In this document: one piece after another, positions 11,801-25,706 of the stretch
How positions within the stretch are numbered: position 1 is the stretch's first letter
How the letters are laid out: the number at the start of each line of letters is the position of its first letter
From: Pristiophorus japonicus
Taxonomy: Eukaryota
Assembly (NCBI RefSeq): GCF_044704955.1
Contig: NC_091977.1
Location: 333,312,001 to 333,376,000, forward strand
Direction of reading: 5' to 3'
Length of the DNA: 64,000 bases
The notes under the pieces: generated by a model
What the model was told of the DNA's origin: nothing
Databases searched by the model: none
The model's input: only the letters and a program-made list of their open reading frames with translations
Made by a program: the position numbers and the translations under genes

Positions 11801-13440
11801 TCTTGAGCTGTTTTATGGCTTTGCCTACCTCGTGCAGTGTTGGGGTTTCACTGAGGTGGTGGCGGGTCGCATGCTGCGGGATGGAGTTGAGAACACTCGA
11901 GTGAAAGGCAGAGTCTCGATTAAGGAGATCTTTAAAGTGCTCCTTCCAGTGGGCTCTAACAGCCTCAGTGTCCTTGATGAGTATTTCCCCATTCGTGGCC
12001 AGGGGTAGGGTGGGGCCATGAGAGTTTGGACCTTAGGTGGCTTTGACTGCAATGAAGAATCCTCTCATATCGTGGCTGTCGGCTAGTTGTTGTATCTCCT
12101 GTGCTTTCTCCATCCACCACCTATTTTTTAGGTCCCGGGTTTTTTGTTGGACCTCAGCCTTGAGCCGTCTGTAAAGTTGCTTTGCAGCTCCCGAGTTGGG
12201 TTGTTGCTTGAGGCTCAGAAATGCTCTGTACTTACGATATATTAGTTCTTGGATCTCCTGATCATTTTTATCAAACCAGTCCTGGTGTTTTCTGGTTGAG
12301 TAACCAAGTGTCTCTTCACAGGCACTGGTTATGGAGACCTGGAGGGCTGATCAAGCGCTGTGGGTATTCGGCATTTCAGGGTCATCAAGGCATGCCAGAT
12401 TAGCTGTAAGGAGCTGGCTGTATAGGGCTCTCGTAGCTGGGTCTTTAAGTGCCCCGGCATTAACTTTTTTGCGGCACTGCTTCAACTGTCCCCTCTGCTT
12501 TGGGGCTATGTTTATATTGATGATGGATCGGATTAGGCGATGGTCTGTCCAGCAGTCATCAGCTCCTGTCATGGCGTGGGTGATGCGCACATCCTTGCGA
12601 TCGATGGCTCGGACGATGACGTAGTCGAGCAGGTGCCAGTGTTTGGAGCAAGGGTGTTGCCACAATGCGTTGTATTTGTCCCTCTGTTGGAACAGGGTGT
12701 TACTGATGAGAAGTGCATGTTGTAGACATTTTGTCAGGAGTAGGGTACCACAGGAGTTGGCTTTCCCTACCGACTCTCTGTCAATCACGCCTCCCCAGAC
12801 TGCTATGTCTTTGCCGACCCTGGCATTAAAGTTACCTCGGAGGATCAATTTGTTGCCCGTGGGGACGCGGGACAGGGATGTCTCGATGTTGGAATAAAAA
12901 CCCTCTTTAGCCTCATCTGTTGCATCAAGTGTTGGGGCATACTCACTGATGACTGTGGTGCATTGGTTCCGGGATAGGGTAAGATAAAAAGTCATGAGGC
13001 ATTCATTAACCCTGCAGGAGGAGTCTTTGAGGCGGTCAACCAGTTCATTTTTGACAGCGAAGCCGACTCCATGAAGGCGGCGTTCTTCCTCTGATTTTCC
13101 TTTCCAGAAAAAGGCGTAACCTCCACCATGTTCCTTGAGCTGGCCTTACCCTGCCCACCGGGTCTCGCTTAGGGCAGCGATGTAAATGTCAAAATGTTTA
13201 AGTTCCCAGGCAACTATGGCAGTGAGGCGTTCCAGCCTGTTGCTGTTGAAATTGTCCATGAGGGTTCTGACGTTCCAGGTCCCGAACTTCATATTAGTGA
13301 AGTGGAAGATGCCTGTCCGTGAGTTCTTTTAACGTGGGGTGGCCGCTGCACACCGGCAACCACACGGGCTTAGCTGAACAAGGTCTTGGTCCAGTGGCAA
13401 GGGGGTCCAAGACGACTGGAGACCAGGCACTGCTGTATAA
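5842..13440 (-). mobile_element. Near full-length RTE-clade LINE, decayed, split by a CR1
   Basis: ORF start MKFGTWNVRTL at 13292 (APE endonuclease), RT fragments (ELQHADE), C-terminal CPTC..H...H finger at 5860-5960. Frame RLPK|QLLYAELL resumes across the CR1 at 6235-10451. 5' boundary approximate. Confidence 0.88.
6235..10451 (-). mobile_element. CR1 LINE (5'-truncated) nested in the RTE, internally rearranged
   Basis: ORF2 fragments (YLDFQKAF, VPQGSVLGP, RPHLEYCVQFW) and a (TTTCTATG)-type 3' tail at ~6235. Confidence 0.9.
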
Positions 13441-13811
13441 GCCGAATTGCCTACGGCAAAGTGTTGGCTGCAAGCTCGGCACTGAGTAGCGCCATTGATG
13501 GTAGATGGCCCGAGGCTTGCTTGGGGGGCCAGGCATTGGGAAGTCAGGCTGGGGTTCCGAGGGATGTTTGGAAAGTTTCTTCCAAGGTTAAAAATTTCCC
13601 CAGAGGTTTCCAAGTTGGTGTAAAAGTTTAAGAGTTTAAAAGTATTTCCAAATTATTTTTTATAAAGTTACACAGGATGATTGAAGGTTTAATAAATAGA
13701 TTAAGAGTTGATTAAAAGTTATAGAATAAAAGTTCTCCAAGTTGCTTAACAATTTTAAAGTTTTCCCGAATTGTTTAAGAAGTTTAAAAGTTGATTAAAA
13801 GTTTAAAAATT

Positions 13812-13938
13812 GAGTCCCTTTGGCCGGTTCAGCGCTGGCCCTGGAGTCCCTTCGGCCAGTTCTACGCCAGCCCTGGAGTCCCTTCAGCCTGTTCAGCGCT
13901 GGCCCCGGAGTCCCTTCCACCAGCTCAGCGTCGGCCCC
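13812..13938. repeat. 32-bp GC-rich tandem repeat, 4 copies
   Basis: Unit GAGTCCCTTYGGCCGGTTCAGCGCTGGCCCTG. Confidence 0.8.
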
Positions 13939-14645
13939 AAGCAGAATGTCCCACAGTACTGCCGGAACACTCCACCCCAGCGTTCTCCTAGTGACTGGTG
14001 GGCCATGAAGTGCCAGCGGACCTCGGAAGAGTCGGCAGGACCCCGCAAGCCCCAAAGAGCCGGCAGGCCCCAAAAGAGTCGGTGGACCCTGGTGAGCCTC
14101 GGAAGAGCCGGCGGGCCCCCAGAATAGCCAGCGGGCCCCGGGGTCCTTTCGGCCCGGTGTAGAAGCAGGCCGGTGCAAGGGATCCCCCACCGGTCCGCTT
14201 CTATCCCGGGCCGAAGGGACCCCGCACCGACCAGCTTCCTTTTACGACCTGTTCATTCATTTACCTTCAGATCCCATCTGGAACACCACGAGCAGGAGAA
14301 GCATTAACAGATCGGGTGAAATATCCCATTGATTCTCTCTACGGATGGTAGTCAGATGGTGTCCATCACCGCACTGACCCTGCCTCATAGTTCAGACACA
14401 TCCAGATCGCGCATCGCCGCACTGACCCTGCCTTAGTCCAGCTCACCCATCACCCCATTGTTTTCTAGCCCTGATTGGTTCTCTGCCCCCCCAAAAAATA
14501 GATCTAACTGGAGATCTTCATCCTCATTTCCAAAGCCTCCCCCTACTCTACCTCTGCAACCTACCCACTTTATATCCCAGGCCATCTGTCTCTGTTAACT
14601 CTTCCACTCCCGCTCAGCAGTCATTTGTCCTGTATGTAGCATCGT

Positions 14646-16205
14646 AGTATCTTTAAAAAAGGGGATAAGTCCGACTGCGGCAACTACAGAGGAATCTCCC
14701 TGCTATCAGCCGCTGGGAAAGTTATCGCTACCGTCCTCCTCAACCGTCTTCTCCCTGTGGCCGAGGAGTGACAGTGCAGATTTCGTCCCCTACGGGACAA
14801 CGCACATGATCTTTGCAGCACAACAGCTGCAGGGAGCAGCGCCAGCCCTTATACATGGCATTCTTTGTCCTTACAAAGGCCTTTGACACTGTCAACCTTG
14901 AGGGTCTATGGAGCATCCGCCTCCATTTCGGATGCCCCAAAAAGTTTGTCAACATCCTTCGCTTGCTGCACGACGATGTGCAGGCCGTGATCCTTACCAA
15001 TGGACCCATTACAGACCCAATCCACATCCGGACCGGGGTCAAACAGGTCTACGTCATCGCCCCAACCCTCTTCTCAATCTTCCTTGCTGCCATGCCACAG
15101 TCAGCAAGCTCCCCGCTGGAGTGGAACTAAACTGCAGAACCAGTGGGAAGCTGTTCAACCTTCGCCGTCTCCAGGCCAAGTCCAAGAACACCACAAACTC
15201 TGTCATCGAGCTACAGTACGCAGACGATGCCTGCGTCTGCACACATTCAGAGGCTGAACTCCAGGATACAATCAATGTATTTACTGAGGCGTACGAAAGC
15301 ATGGGCCTTACGCTAAACATCCGTAAGACAAAGGTTCTCCACCAGCCTGTCCTCGCCGCACAGCACTGCCCTCCAGTCATCAAGATCCATGGCGTGGCTC
15401 TGGACAACGTAGACCATTTCCCATTCCTCGGGAGCCTTTTATCAGCAAAAGCAGACATTGATGAGGAGATTCAGCACCGCCTCCAGTATGCCAGCGCAGC
15501 CTTTGGCCGCCTGAGGAAAAGAGTGTTCGAAGACCAGGCCCTCAAATCTACCACCAAGCTAATGGTCTACAGGGCTGTAGTAATACCCGCCCTCCTGTAT
15601 GGCTCAGAGACAAGGACCATGTACAGTAGACACCTCAAGTCGCTGGAGAAATAGCACCAACGATGTCTCCGCAAGATCCTACAAATCCCCTGGGGGGAAA
15701 GATGCACCAACATTAGCGTCCTTGTCCAGGCCAACATCCCCAGCATTGAAGCACTGACCACACTTGATCAGCTCCGCAGGGCAGGCCACATTGTCCACAT
15801 GCCAAACACGAGACTCCCAAAGCAAGAGCTCTACTCGGAACTCCTTCATGGCAAACGAGCCAAAGGTGAACAGAGGAAGCATTACAAGGACACCCTTAAA
15901 GCCTCCATGTTAAAGTGCAACATCCCCACTGACACCTGGGAGTCCCTGGCCAAAGATGGCCCTAATGGAGGAAGTGCATCCTGGAGGGCGCTGAGCACCT
16001 TGAATCTCATCGCCGAGTACATGCAGAAAACAAGTGCAGGCAGCAGAAGGAATGTGCGGCAAACCTGTCCCACCCTCCCTTACCCTCAACAACTGTGGGT
16101 CCCATCAGTGGCAGAGACTGTGGCTCTCGTATTGGACTGTTCAGCCACCTAAGGACTCATTCTAAGAGTGGAAGCAAGTCTTCCTCAATTCCGAGAGACT
16201 ACCTC
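14646..16205 (+). mobile_element. RTE-clade LINE, 5'-truncated, decayed
   Basis: [30 protein letters not shown] motifs; same family as 5842-13440. Confidence 0.88.
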
Positions 16206-16242
16206 GGAGGGGGAGGACCATTGTAGTGCTTTTTTTTACACC

Positions 16243-17520
16243 AAGTCAGCATGGATTTATGTAAGGGAAATCCTGCTTGATAAACCTTCTAGAATTTTTT
16301 GAGGATGTAACTGGTAGAGTGGACAAGGGAGAACCAGTGGATTGTGGTGTATTTGGACTTTCAAAAGGCTTTTGACAAGGTCCCACACAAGAGATTGGTG
16401 TGCAAAATTAAAGCACATGTTATTGGGGGTAATGTACTGACGTGGATCGAGAACTGGTTGGCAGACAGGAAGCAGAGAGTCGGGATAAACGGATCCTTTT
16501 CAGAATGGCAGGCAGTGACTAGTGGGTTGCCGCAGGGCTCAGTGCTGGGATCCCAGCTATTTCCAATATACATTAATGATTTGGATGAGGGAATTGAGTG
16601 TAATATCTCCAAGTTTGTAGCTGACACTAAGCTGAGTGGTGGTGTGAGCTTTGAGGAGGATGCTAAAAGGCTGCAGGGTGACTTGGACAGGTTAGGTGAG
16701 TGGGCAAATGCGTGGCAGATGCAGTATAATGTGGATAAGTGTGAGGTTGTCCACTTTGGTGGCAAAAACAGGAAGGCAGAATATTATCTGAATGGTGGCA
16801 GATTAGGAAAAGGGGAGATGCAACGAGACCTGGGTGTCATGGTACATCAGTCATTGAAAGTTGGCATGCAGGTACAGCAGGCGGCGAAGAAGACAAGGGG
16901 ATTTGTGTATAGGAGCAGGGAGGTCTTACTGCAGTTGTACAGGGCCTTAGTGAAGCCTCACCTGGAATATTGTGTTCAGTTTTGGTCTCCTAATCTGAGG
17001 AAGGACGTTCTTGCTATTGAGAGAGTGGAGCAAAGGTTCACCAGGCTGATTCCTGGGATGGCAGGACTGACATATGAGGAGAGACTGGATCGACTGGGCC
17101 TGTATTCACTGGAGTTTAGAAGGATAAGAGGGGATCTCATAGAAACATATAAAATTCTGACGGGACTGGACAGATTAGATGCAGGAAGAATGTTCCCGAT
17201 GTTGGAGAAGTCCAGGACCAGGGGACATAGTCTAAGGATAAGGGGTAAGCCATTGAAGACTGAGATGAGGAGAAACGTCTTCACTCAGAGAGTTGTTAAC
17301 CTGTGGAATTCCCTACCACAGAGAGTTGTTGATGCCAGCTCATTGGATATATTCAAGAGGGAGTTAGATATGGCCCTTACGGCTAAAGGGATCAAGGGGT
17401 ATGGAGAGAAAGCAGGAAAGGGGTACTGAGGTGAATGATCAGCCATGATCTTATTGAATGGTGGTGTAGGCTCAAAAGGCCGAATGGCCTACTCCTACAC
17501 CTATTTTCTATGTTTCTATG
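16243..17520 (+). mobile_element. CR1 LINE, 5'-truncated
   Basis: 361-aa RT C-terminal ORF (16344-17429) and TTTCTATG tail. Confidence 0.9.
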
Positions 17521-17732
17521 AATAGGAAAATAGGAACAGGGGGAGGCCATTCAGCCCCTTGAGTTTACTCAGCAATTCAATTAGATCATGGCTGATCTGT
17601 ACCTCAACTCAATTCAACCACATTTGCTTTATATCTCTTGATACCCTTATCTAACACAAATCTACCTATCTTGATCTTTGAACATTTCAATTGATCCACA
17701 GCATTCACAACCTTGTGGGGGAGAGAGGACCA

Positions 17733-19811
17733 GACATTTAAAGATCACATGGCTGAACCACAACAACTGTATATCCCTGTCTGGCGTAAAAATAAAACGG
17801 GGAAGATGGCTAACAAGGGAAATTAAGGATAGTGTTAAATCCAAGGAAGAGGCGTATAAATTGGCCAGAAAAAGCAGCAAACCTGAGGACTGGGAGAAAT
17901 TTAGAATTCAGCAGAGGAGGACTAAGGGTTTAATTAGGAGGGGGAAATAGAGTATGAGAGTAAGCTTGCAGGGAACATAAAAACTGATGGCAAAAGCTTC
18001 TATAGATATGTGAAGAGAAAAAGATTAGTGAAGACTAATATAGGTCCCTTGCAGTCAGAATCAAATGAATTCATAATGGGGAACAAGGAAATGGCAGACC
18101 AATTGAACAAATACTTTGGTTCTGTCTTCACTAAGGAAGTCACAAATAACCTCCCCAAAATACTAGGGGACCAAGGGTCTAGCAAGAAGGAGAAACTGAG
18201 GGAACTGAGGGAAATCGTCAGGAAATTATGTTAGGGAATAATGTTGGGATTGAAGGCCGACAAATCCCAGGGCCTGATAGTCTGCATCCCAGAGTACTGA
18301 AGGAAGTGGCCCTTGAAATAGTAGATGCATTGGTGGTCATTCCATGGACTCTGGATCAGTTCCTATGGATTGGAGGAGAACTAATGTAACCCCACTTTGT
18401 AAAAAAGGAGGAAGAGAGAAAACAAGTAATTATAGACAGGGTAGCCTGACATCGGTAATGGGGAAAATGCTGGAATCAATTACTAAAGATGTAATAGCAG
18501 CGCATTTGGAAAGCAGTGACAGGATCGGTCCAAGTCCACATGGATTTATGAAAGGGAAATCATGCTTGACAAATCTTCTAGAATTTTTTGAGGATGTAAC
18601 TAGTAGAGTGGATAAGGGAGAACCAGTGGATGCGGTGTATTTGGACTTTCAAAAGGTTTTTTGACAAAGTCCCACACAAGAGATTGGTGTGCAAAATTAA
18701 GGCACATGGGTTTGGGGGTAATGTATTGATGTGGATAGAGAACTGGTTGTCAGACAGGAAACAAAGAGTGGGAATAAACAGGTCCTTTTCAAAATGGTAG
18801 GCAGTGACTGGTGTGGTACCGCAAGGTTCAGTGCTGGGACCCCAGCTACTTACAAGATATATTAATGATTTAGACGAAGGAATTGAATGTAATATCTCCA
18901 AGTTTGCAGATGACACTAAGCTGGATGGCAGTGTGAGCTGTGAAGAGGACGCTAAGAAGCTGCAGGGTGATTTGAACAGGTTAGATGAGTGGACAAGTGT
19001 ATGGCAAATGCAGTATAATGTGGATAAGTGTGAGGTTATCCACTTTGGTGGCAAAAACAGGAAGCAGATTATTATCTGAATGGTGGCAGATTAGTAAAAG
19101 GCGAGGTGCAACGAGACCTGGGTGTCATGGTGGAGCAGTCATTGAAAGTAGGCATGCAAGTACAGCAGGCAGTTAAGAAAGCAAATGGCATGTTGGCCTT
19201 CATAGCGAGAGGATTTGAGTATAGGAGCAGGGAGGTCTTGTACAGGGCCTTGGTGAGACCACACCTTGAGTATTGTGTGCAGTTTGGGTCTCCTAATCTG
19301 AGGAAGGACACTCTTGCTATTGAGGGAGTGAAGAAAATGTTCACCAGACTGATTCCCGGGATGGCAGGACTGACAGATGCAGAAAGACTGGATCGATTAG
19401 GCTTATATTCACTGGAATTTTGAAGAATGAGAGGGGATCTCATAGAAACATATAAAATTCTGACGGGATTGGACAGGTTAGATGCAGGAAGAATATTCCC
19501 GATGTTGGGGAAGTCCAGAACCAGGGGTAAGGGGTAAGCCATATAGTATCGAGATGAGGAGAAACTTTTTCACTTAGAGAATTGTGAACCTATGGAATAC
19601 TCTACCTCAGAAAGTTGTTGAGTCCAGTTCATTGAATATATTCAAAAGGGAGTTAGATGTGGCCCTTATGGCTAAAGGGATCAGTGGGTATGGAGAGAAG
19701 GCGGGAGTAGGGTACTGAAGTTGCATGATCAGCCATGATCATATTGAATAGTGGTGCTGGCCCGAAGGGCCCAATGGCCTGCTCCTGCACCTATTTTCTA
19801 TGTTTCTATGT
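17733..19811 (+). mobile_element. CR1 LINE, 5'-truncated, decayed
   Basis: Frameshifted ORF2 pieces (KFADDTKL) and TTTCTATG tail. Confidence 0.88.
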
Positions 19812-20195
19812 TTCCACCATCCTTTGTATGAAGAAGTACTACCTGATTTCTCTCCCGAACAGCCTGGCTCGAATTTTAAAATTACGTTGCATCATTCAGG
19901 ATTGCCCCACCAGATGAAATAGTTCCACTGTAGCTACATCATTGAATCCTTTTATTATATTAAATATATTTATTAAATCACTCCTCAATCATCTATACTC
20001 AAGGGTGTACAAGCGAAGTTTATACAATCTGTCCTCATAACTTAGATATGGTTGTGTTGAATCTGCGCTGCACCCAAGGTATCCTTCCTGAGGTACAGTG
20101 CCCAAAACTGAATGTACTCCAGATGGGGTCTGATCAAGGCTGTGTGCAACTGAATCATAACTTCCACACTTTTGTATTCCAACCCTTTGACAGGG

Positions 20196-20495
20196 ATCAG
20201 TGGCAACACTTTCATCTCTGAGTCCGAAGGTTGTGGGATCAAGTCCCACTCCAGAGACTTGAGCACATAATCTAGGCTGACACTTCAGTGTAGTTCTGAG
20301 GGAATGCTGCACTGTTCAGGTGCTGTCTTTCAGATGAGATATTAAACTGAAGCCCTGTCTCCCTGCTCAGATGAATGTAAAAGATCCCATGGCATTATTT
20401 TGAAGATTACCTCATCGCTGTTTGTGGGATCATACTGTGCACAAATTGGCTGCAGCATTTCCTACATTACCACAGTGCCTATACTTCAAAAGTCT
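20196..20495 (+). mobile_element. tRNA-derived SINE, family 1 (Deu-domain/SacSINE1-like)
   Basis: tRNA-like head (B-box-like GGATCAAGTCC) then GTAAAAGATCCCATGGC and CAAATTGGCTGC blocks, shared with copies at 31128-33495 and 56670-56920. Family name from memory. Confidence 0.6.
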
Positions 20496-21659
20496 TTCTT
20501 TCTTCGGTACAAATGCCAACATTTGAATAGCTTTTTTGATTATACTTTTTTCCTGTATCCTAACTTTTAGTCACAAAAACACCAAGATCCCAAGATCACC
20601 AAGCTCAGCCACAGTTCCTAGTTTCTCACCATTAAGAAAATATTCTAGCTTCTCTTTCTCAGATCCAAAGTGATCTCACACTTCCTCACATTGAACTCCA
20701 TTTGCTATAATTTTGCCCACTCACTTAATATGCCTATGTCCATTTGTAATTTGCTGCTCCTATCTACACAAGTTACTGTGTCATCTGCAAACTTGCATAT
20801 ACAGCTCTCTATTTCTGATATATATGATGAAAACCTGAGGCCCCAGTACAGACCCCTAGGTAAACACCACTTGTCAATCCCATCAATCAGAGTATGTTCT
20901 TGTGACAAACTCATCCTGGCTCTCTGTCGCCCATCACCCAACCAATTACCAACCCATTGCAAAAGCAAAATACTGTGGATGCTGGAAATCTGAAATAAAA
21001 GCAGAACATTTTGGAAATACTCACCAGGGAATGCAGCATCTATGGAGAGAGGAACAGAGTAAACATTTCAGGTTGATAACCTTTCATCATTACTCAATTA
21101 CTAACCCATGTTACCTGCAATTCCTTGAGCTTTAATTTTTGCTAATAATCGTGTGTGAAATTTCATCAAATACCCTCTGGAATTCCATTTAGACAACATC
21201 CATAAACACACCCCAGTCCACCATGTTAGTTACCTCTTCAAAAGATCAACTAGATCAATCAGATGTGACCTATCCTTCACAAATCCATGCTGACACTCTT
21301 TGATCAGCGCATATTTGTACAAGTGCTCAGTCACTCTGTCCAGGAAGACAGACTCCAGTAAAAAATGCCCAACTGGATGTCTTTCCATCCTACTGTATCT
21401 CATGGAACTACCTGCTCTTCTGGTATTTGAATTAATTAATCTCCGATGGAGAAACAGTTGGGCTGTTGCAGATTGGTCTCCAGTTACTGTTGTTGGAAGG
21501 TGTGTGTGTGTAGCCTTTGTGGTAGGATCAGGCTCTAATGTGATGTCCCTTGTGGTTGAACAACCTGTTCATACTCTCTGTCTAGGAAGACATCAAGAAT
21601 GGCCACTTGGTGAGGTACAGGAATGATGTCCATGCAAATGAAATTATATCCAATAATAG

Positions 21660-22870
21660 GGAAAGTTTGCTTGACAAACCTCGTTGTATTTTTTGAAGAG
21701 GTAACAGAGAGAGTAGACACGGATAATGCAGTAGGTGTAATTTATCTAAGTTTTCAAAAGGCCTTTGATAAGGTACCACATAATAAACTAATGAATAAGG
21801 TCAGAGAATGTGAAGTCATGGGACAAGTAGCAGATTGGATAGCTAGTTGGCTTCAAGACAGGAAGCAGAGAGTAGGGGTAAAGGGTAGCTATTCACAGTG
21901 GCAGAAGGTAGGTAGTGGTGTTCCACAAGGATCAGTGTTGGCACCACTGCTGTTCACAATTTATATTAATGATTTAGACTTTGGAATCTAAATTTGCAGA
22001 TGACACCAAATTGCTGAGGAGGACTGCAACAAATTACAGGAGGGCATCAATAAACTTGCAGAATGGGCATATAATTGGCAAATGAATTTCAATACAGATA
22101 AATGTGAAGTTTACATTTTGGTAATAAGAATAGGGAGGTCACTTATTACTTGGAGGGCGTGAATCTGGGTAGGGTAGAGGAACAAAGGAAACTACAAATT
22201 GCTAAAAGTAGTAACACAGGTTAACAACGCCATAAAAAAGCAAACCAAACACTATGGTTTAATTTTAGAGGGACTGAATTGAAAAGTAGAGAGGTTATGC
22301 TAAACTTGTATCAAACCTTGGTTAGACCACACTTGGGAGTACTGCGTACAATTCTGGTCGCCATTTTATAGAAATAATATAGAGGCACTGGAGAGGGTGC
22401 AGAGAAGATTTACAAGGATGGTACCAGAAATGCGAGGGTATACCTATCAGGAAAGGATGAACTGGCTGGGTATCCTTTAGCTTAAAAAAATAAGGCTGAG
22501 GGGTGACCTAATAGAGGTCTTTAAAATTATGAAAGTTATTACCAGAGTAGATACAGAGAGAATGTTTCCACTTGTGGGAAAGAGTATAACTAAAGGTCAT
22601 CATTATAAGTTAGGCACCAACAAATCCAATAGGGAATTCAGAAGAAACTTCTTTACCCAGAGAGTAGTGAGAATATGGAACTCCCGACCACATGGACTAG
22701 TTGAGGCAAAAATATAGATGCATTTATGGGGAGGCTAGAAAAGCATATGAGGAAGAAGGTAATGCTGACAGAGTTAAATGAGGAAAGACAGGAGGAGGTT
22801 CGAGTGGAGCATAAAAGCCGGCATGGACTGATTGGGCCAAATGGCCTGTTTCTGTGTCGCAAATCCTATG
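21660..22870 (+). mobile_element. Older CR1 LINE remnant
   Basis: [42 protein letters not shown]. Confidence 0.8.
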
Positions 22871-23451
22871 AAATCCTACATAAACCTCCCCTCAATTCCT
22901 GATTCAGAGCTTTGTGGCATTTCCTCACTCATTTCTTTTAATACTCGAGGTAGAAATCAGCAGGCCCTGGAGATTTATTGATCTCGTTTCAATAATTTCA
23001 TAATTACCATTGTTTTAACCACGCTCCTCCCCTTGACTTATTTTTAGGTTACCTTGTACCCATTCATTCATTTACCTATTTTCTCCTTTACTATTGTGAA
23101 AACGGATACAAAATACTAGTCTCCAATTTCCTTATTATCCCTATAGTCTCACCTGTATCTGCCTTTAATGTGCCCACATTCCGAACTGACTGCTGGCAGT
23201 CTCACTGTCGTGGTCCCCTATCCCAAGGACAATAAAACAAGGGGTAGATTAGAAATGCATGATCAAATCTTACATTACTTGCCCCTCTGGTGCCGGATGT
23301 GTACCGGGGCCCATCATTGAGTGGATAGTACGGGCTTCAGCAAGAGGCAGAGCGCCCCGCTCACATTGGGTGAGAGCGGCCGAGGTCACTTCCCGTTTAA
23401 TGTGACCGGACGCAGGCATTTCTACAGAAACCAGCCCCAGGGCAGGACAGC

Positions 23452-23491
23452 ATGTCGCTTTACTTAGCCCTGGCGATCGCTCTGCTGTCTT
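23452..23491 (+). CDS. TRGV: TCR gamma V gene B, leader exon (MSLYLALAIALLS)
   Basis: ATG, hydrophobic leader, phase-1 GTAAGT donor at 23492. The intron ends in (CT)n-CCAG at 23696 and splices in frame. Confidence 0.9.
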
Positions 23492-23696
23492 GTAAGTTTG
23501 CCACAAGGCAATTAAACTGCATTAAAAAAAACTCTGATCATAGAATCGTATAGCACAGAAGGAAGCCAATAGACCCATCGTGTCTGTGCTGGCTCTGAGA
23601 AAGAGCTCGAGTATCTGCTGCACCATGTGTTGTAGAGACTGTTACCCGCACGGGTCTCTGGTTGTAATCTCTCTCTCTCTCTCTCTCTCTCTCCAG

Positions 23697-24010
23697 CGGA
23701 GTGTCTAGCTCTCGTGTCCTTGAAGCAGGAGGTCTTATCCATCACCAGGGCCGCTGGGAGAACGGCGAGATTCGTGTGCGAGATCGAGGGGTTAAGCAAT
23801 ATAGGGATACACCCCATCCATTGGTACCAACAGAAAGGGACAGCCATCCGCGGGATCCTCTATCACCTGTCCCAGGGTGACACCTGGTTGCACACAGACT
23901 TCGCCTCACGATTCCATGCCGAAAACATGGACAGTTCTGCCATCTGTACTCTTATAATCAGTCAGATTGTGCCGAGCGACACAGCCACGTATTACTGTGC
24001 CGCCAAGTCC
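23697..24010 (+). CDS. TRGV: TCR gamma V gene B, V exon (intact, divergent)
   Basis: V-set motifs FVC, IHWYQQK, SDTATYYCAAKS; followed by an RSS; same orientation as J and C. Confidence 0.88.
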
Positions 24011-24049
24011 CACGGTGGTATTGTTGGATCGACACTTCGTACAAAAACC
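24011..24049 (+). other. 23-spacer RSS of V gene B
   Basis: CACGGTG + 23 nt + ACAAAAACC. Confidence 0.95.
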
Positions 24050-24689
24050 TCCTGCTTTGTAAAGCTATAGAAATACATTCCTGGAGTTTATCGGTCCATC
24101 AGCCCAAACCCGCAGCAACGAGATAGTGACAGCTCTCGAAACTACACTTAGAGTCCCACCCCACTCTCGATTTCTAAACCATGGAGCCACGCGGCGCTCC
24201 CTCCTTCCAGGTGTTGGGACAACCCCTCTTTGCTCATCATTCACTCATCATCCATTGCCCCTAGAGCACTCACCACTCCCCACAGCAAATGGGCCCCTTG
24301 TGCATTAATCCCCGAGCAAAGTGACAACTCCAGGTGCAAGCTGGCTTTCACCAGCTCCGCGGCAACCACTTCTACCTCTTTAGCTGAAGCCCGCTGTAGT
24401 TGTGGACAGGCGCTGGTTCCAACAGCCGAGGGGTTGATAGAACTGCTCAAACTTTCATCCAGTTGAAGCGGTCGAACACGATTGAACCCGACACCTTTCT
24501 ACTCTGCCCAGCTCAGCACGGTTTTCCAATCACTCACTGAACCGCCAGGATATGATTTTTAATACGTTTTAAAAGTACTGATATGTGCAGAACAGTTGAA
24601 CACTAAGAATCTGACGGAATAGAGATATTGTTGATGTAGGAATAGATAGAGCCAAGAGATTGGGTAGTCAGGGGCTGATCTATCCTTGG

Positions 24690-25706
24690 CTCCCTCCTAT
24701 TTCTCATCTACATATTGTCCCTTGGCGACATCATTAGAAAACCCAACGTCAGTCTCCACATGAACTTTGATGACACCCAGCTCTACCTCACTATCACTTC
24801 TCTCGACCCCTCCTCGGTCTCTAAATTATCAGACTGTTTGTCCGACACCCAGTTCTGGATGAGCAAAAATATTCTCCAATTGAATATTGGGTAGAGCGAA
24901 GCCATTGTTTTCAGTCCCTCCCCAAACTCCGTTCCCTAGCCACTGACTCCATCCCTCTCCCCAACTTTTGTCTGAGGCTGAACCAGACTGTTTGCAACCT
25001 TGGTGTCATATCTGACTGTGAAATGATCTTTTGACCACATAACCACAGCATAACTAAGACCACCTATTTCCTCCTCTGTAACCTCGCTCGTCTCCGCCCT
25101 TGCCTCAGCTCATCCGTTGCTGCAGCCCTCATCCATGCCTTTGTTACCTCTAGACTTAACTATTCCAATGCACTTCTGGCTGGCCTCCCACATTCTACCC
25201 TACATAAACTAGAGGTGATCCAAACATGGCTGCCCATGTCCTAACTCGCACCAAGTCCCACTCACCCATCACCCCTGTGCTCGCTGACCTACATTGACTC
25301 CTGGTTAAGGAACACCTCGATTTCAAAAATCCTTGTTTTCAAATCCCTCCATAGCCTCGCTCCTCTCTATCTCTGTAATCTCCTCCAGCCCCACAACCCA
25401 CCAAGATGTTTGTGCTCCTCTAATTCTGCCCTCTTGAGCATCCCTGATTATAATCGCTCAACCACTGGTGGCCATGTTTTCTGTTGCCTCGGCCCTAAGC
25501 TCTGGAAATCCTGTCTAAACCTCTCCTCCTCTCTACCTCTCTTTTCTCCTTCAAACGTTCCTTGAAACCTACCTCTTTCAACTGCCCTAATTTCTCCTTA
25601 TGTGGCTCGGTGTCAATTTTTTTGTCACATAATACTCCTGTGAAGCACCTTGGAATGTTTCACTATGTTAAAGGTGCTATATTAATACACGTTGTTGTTG
25701 TTGTTG
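24690..25706 (+). mobile_element. L2-clade LINE 3' fragment, decayed
   Basis: DDTQLYL, LIHAFVTSRLNYSNALLAGLP and HITPVL motifs; (TTG)n tail. Confidence 0.8.
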
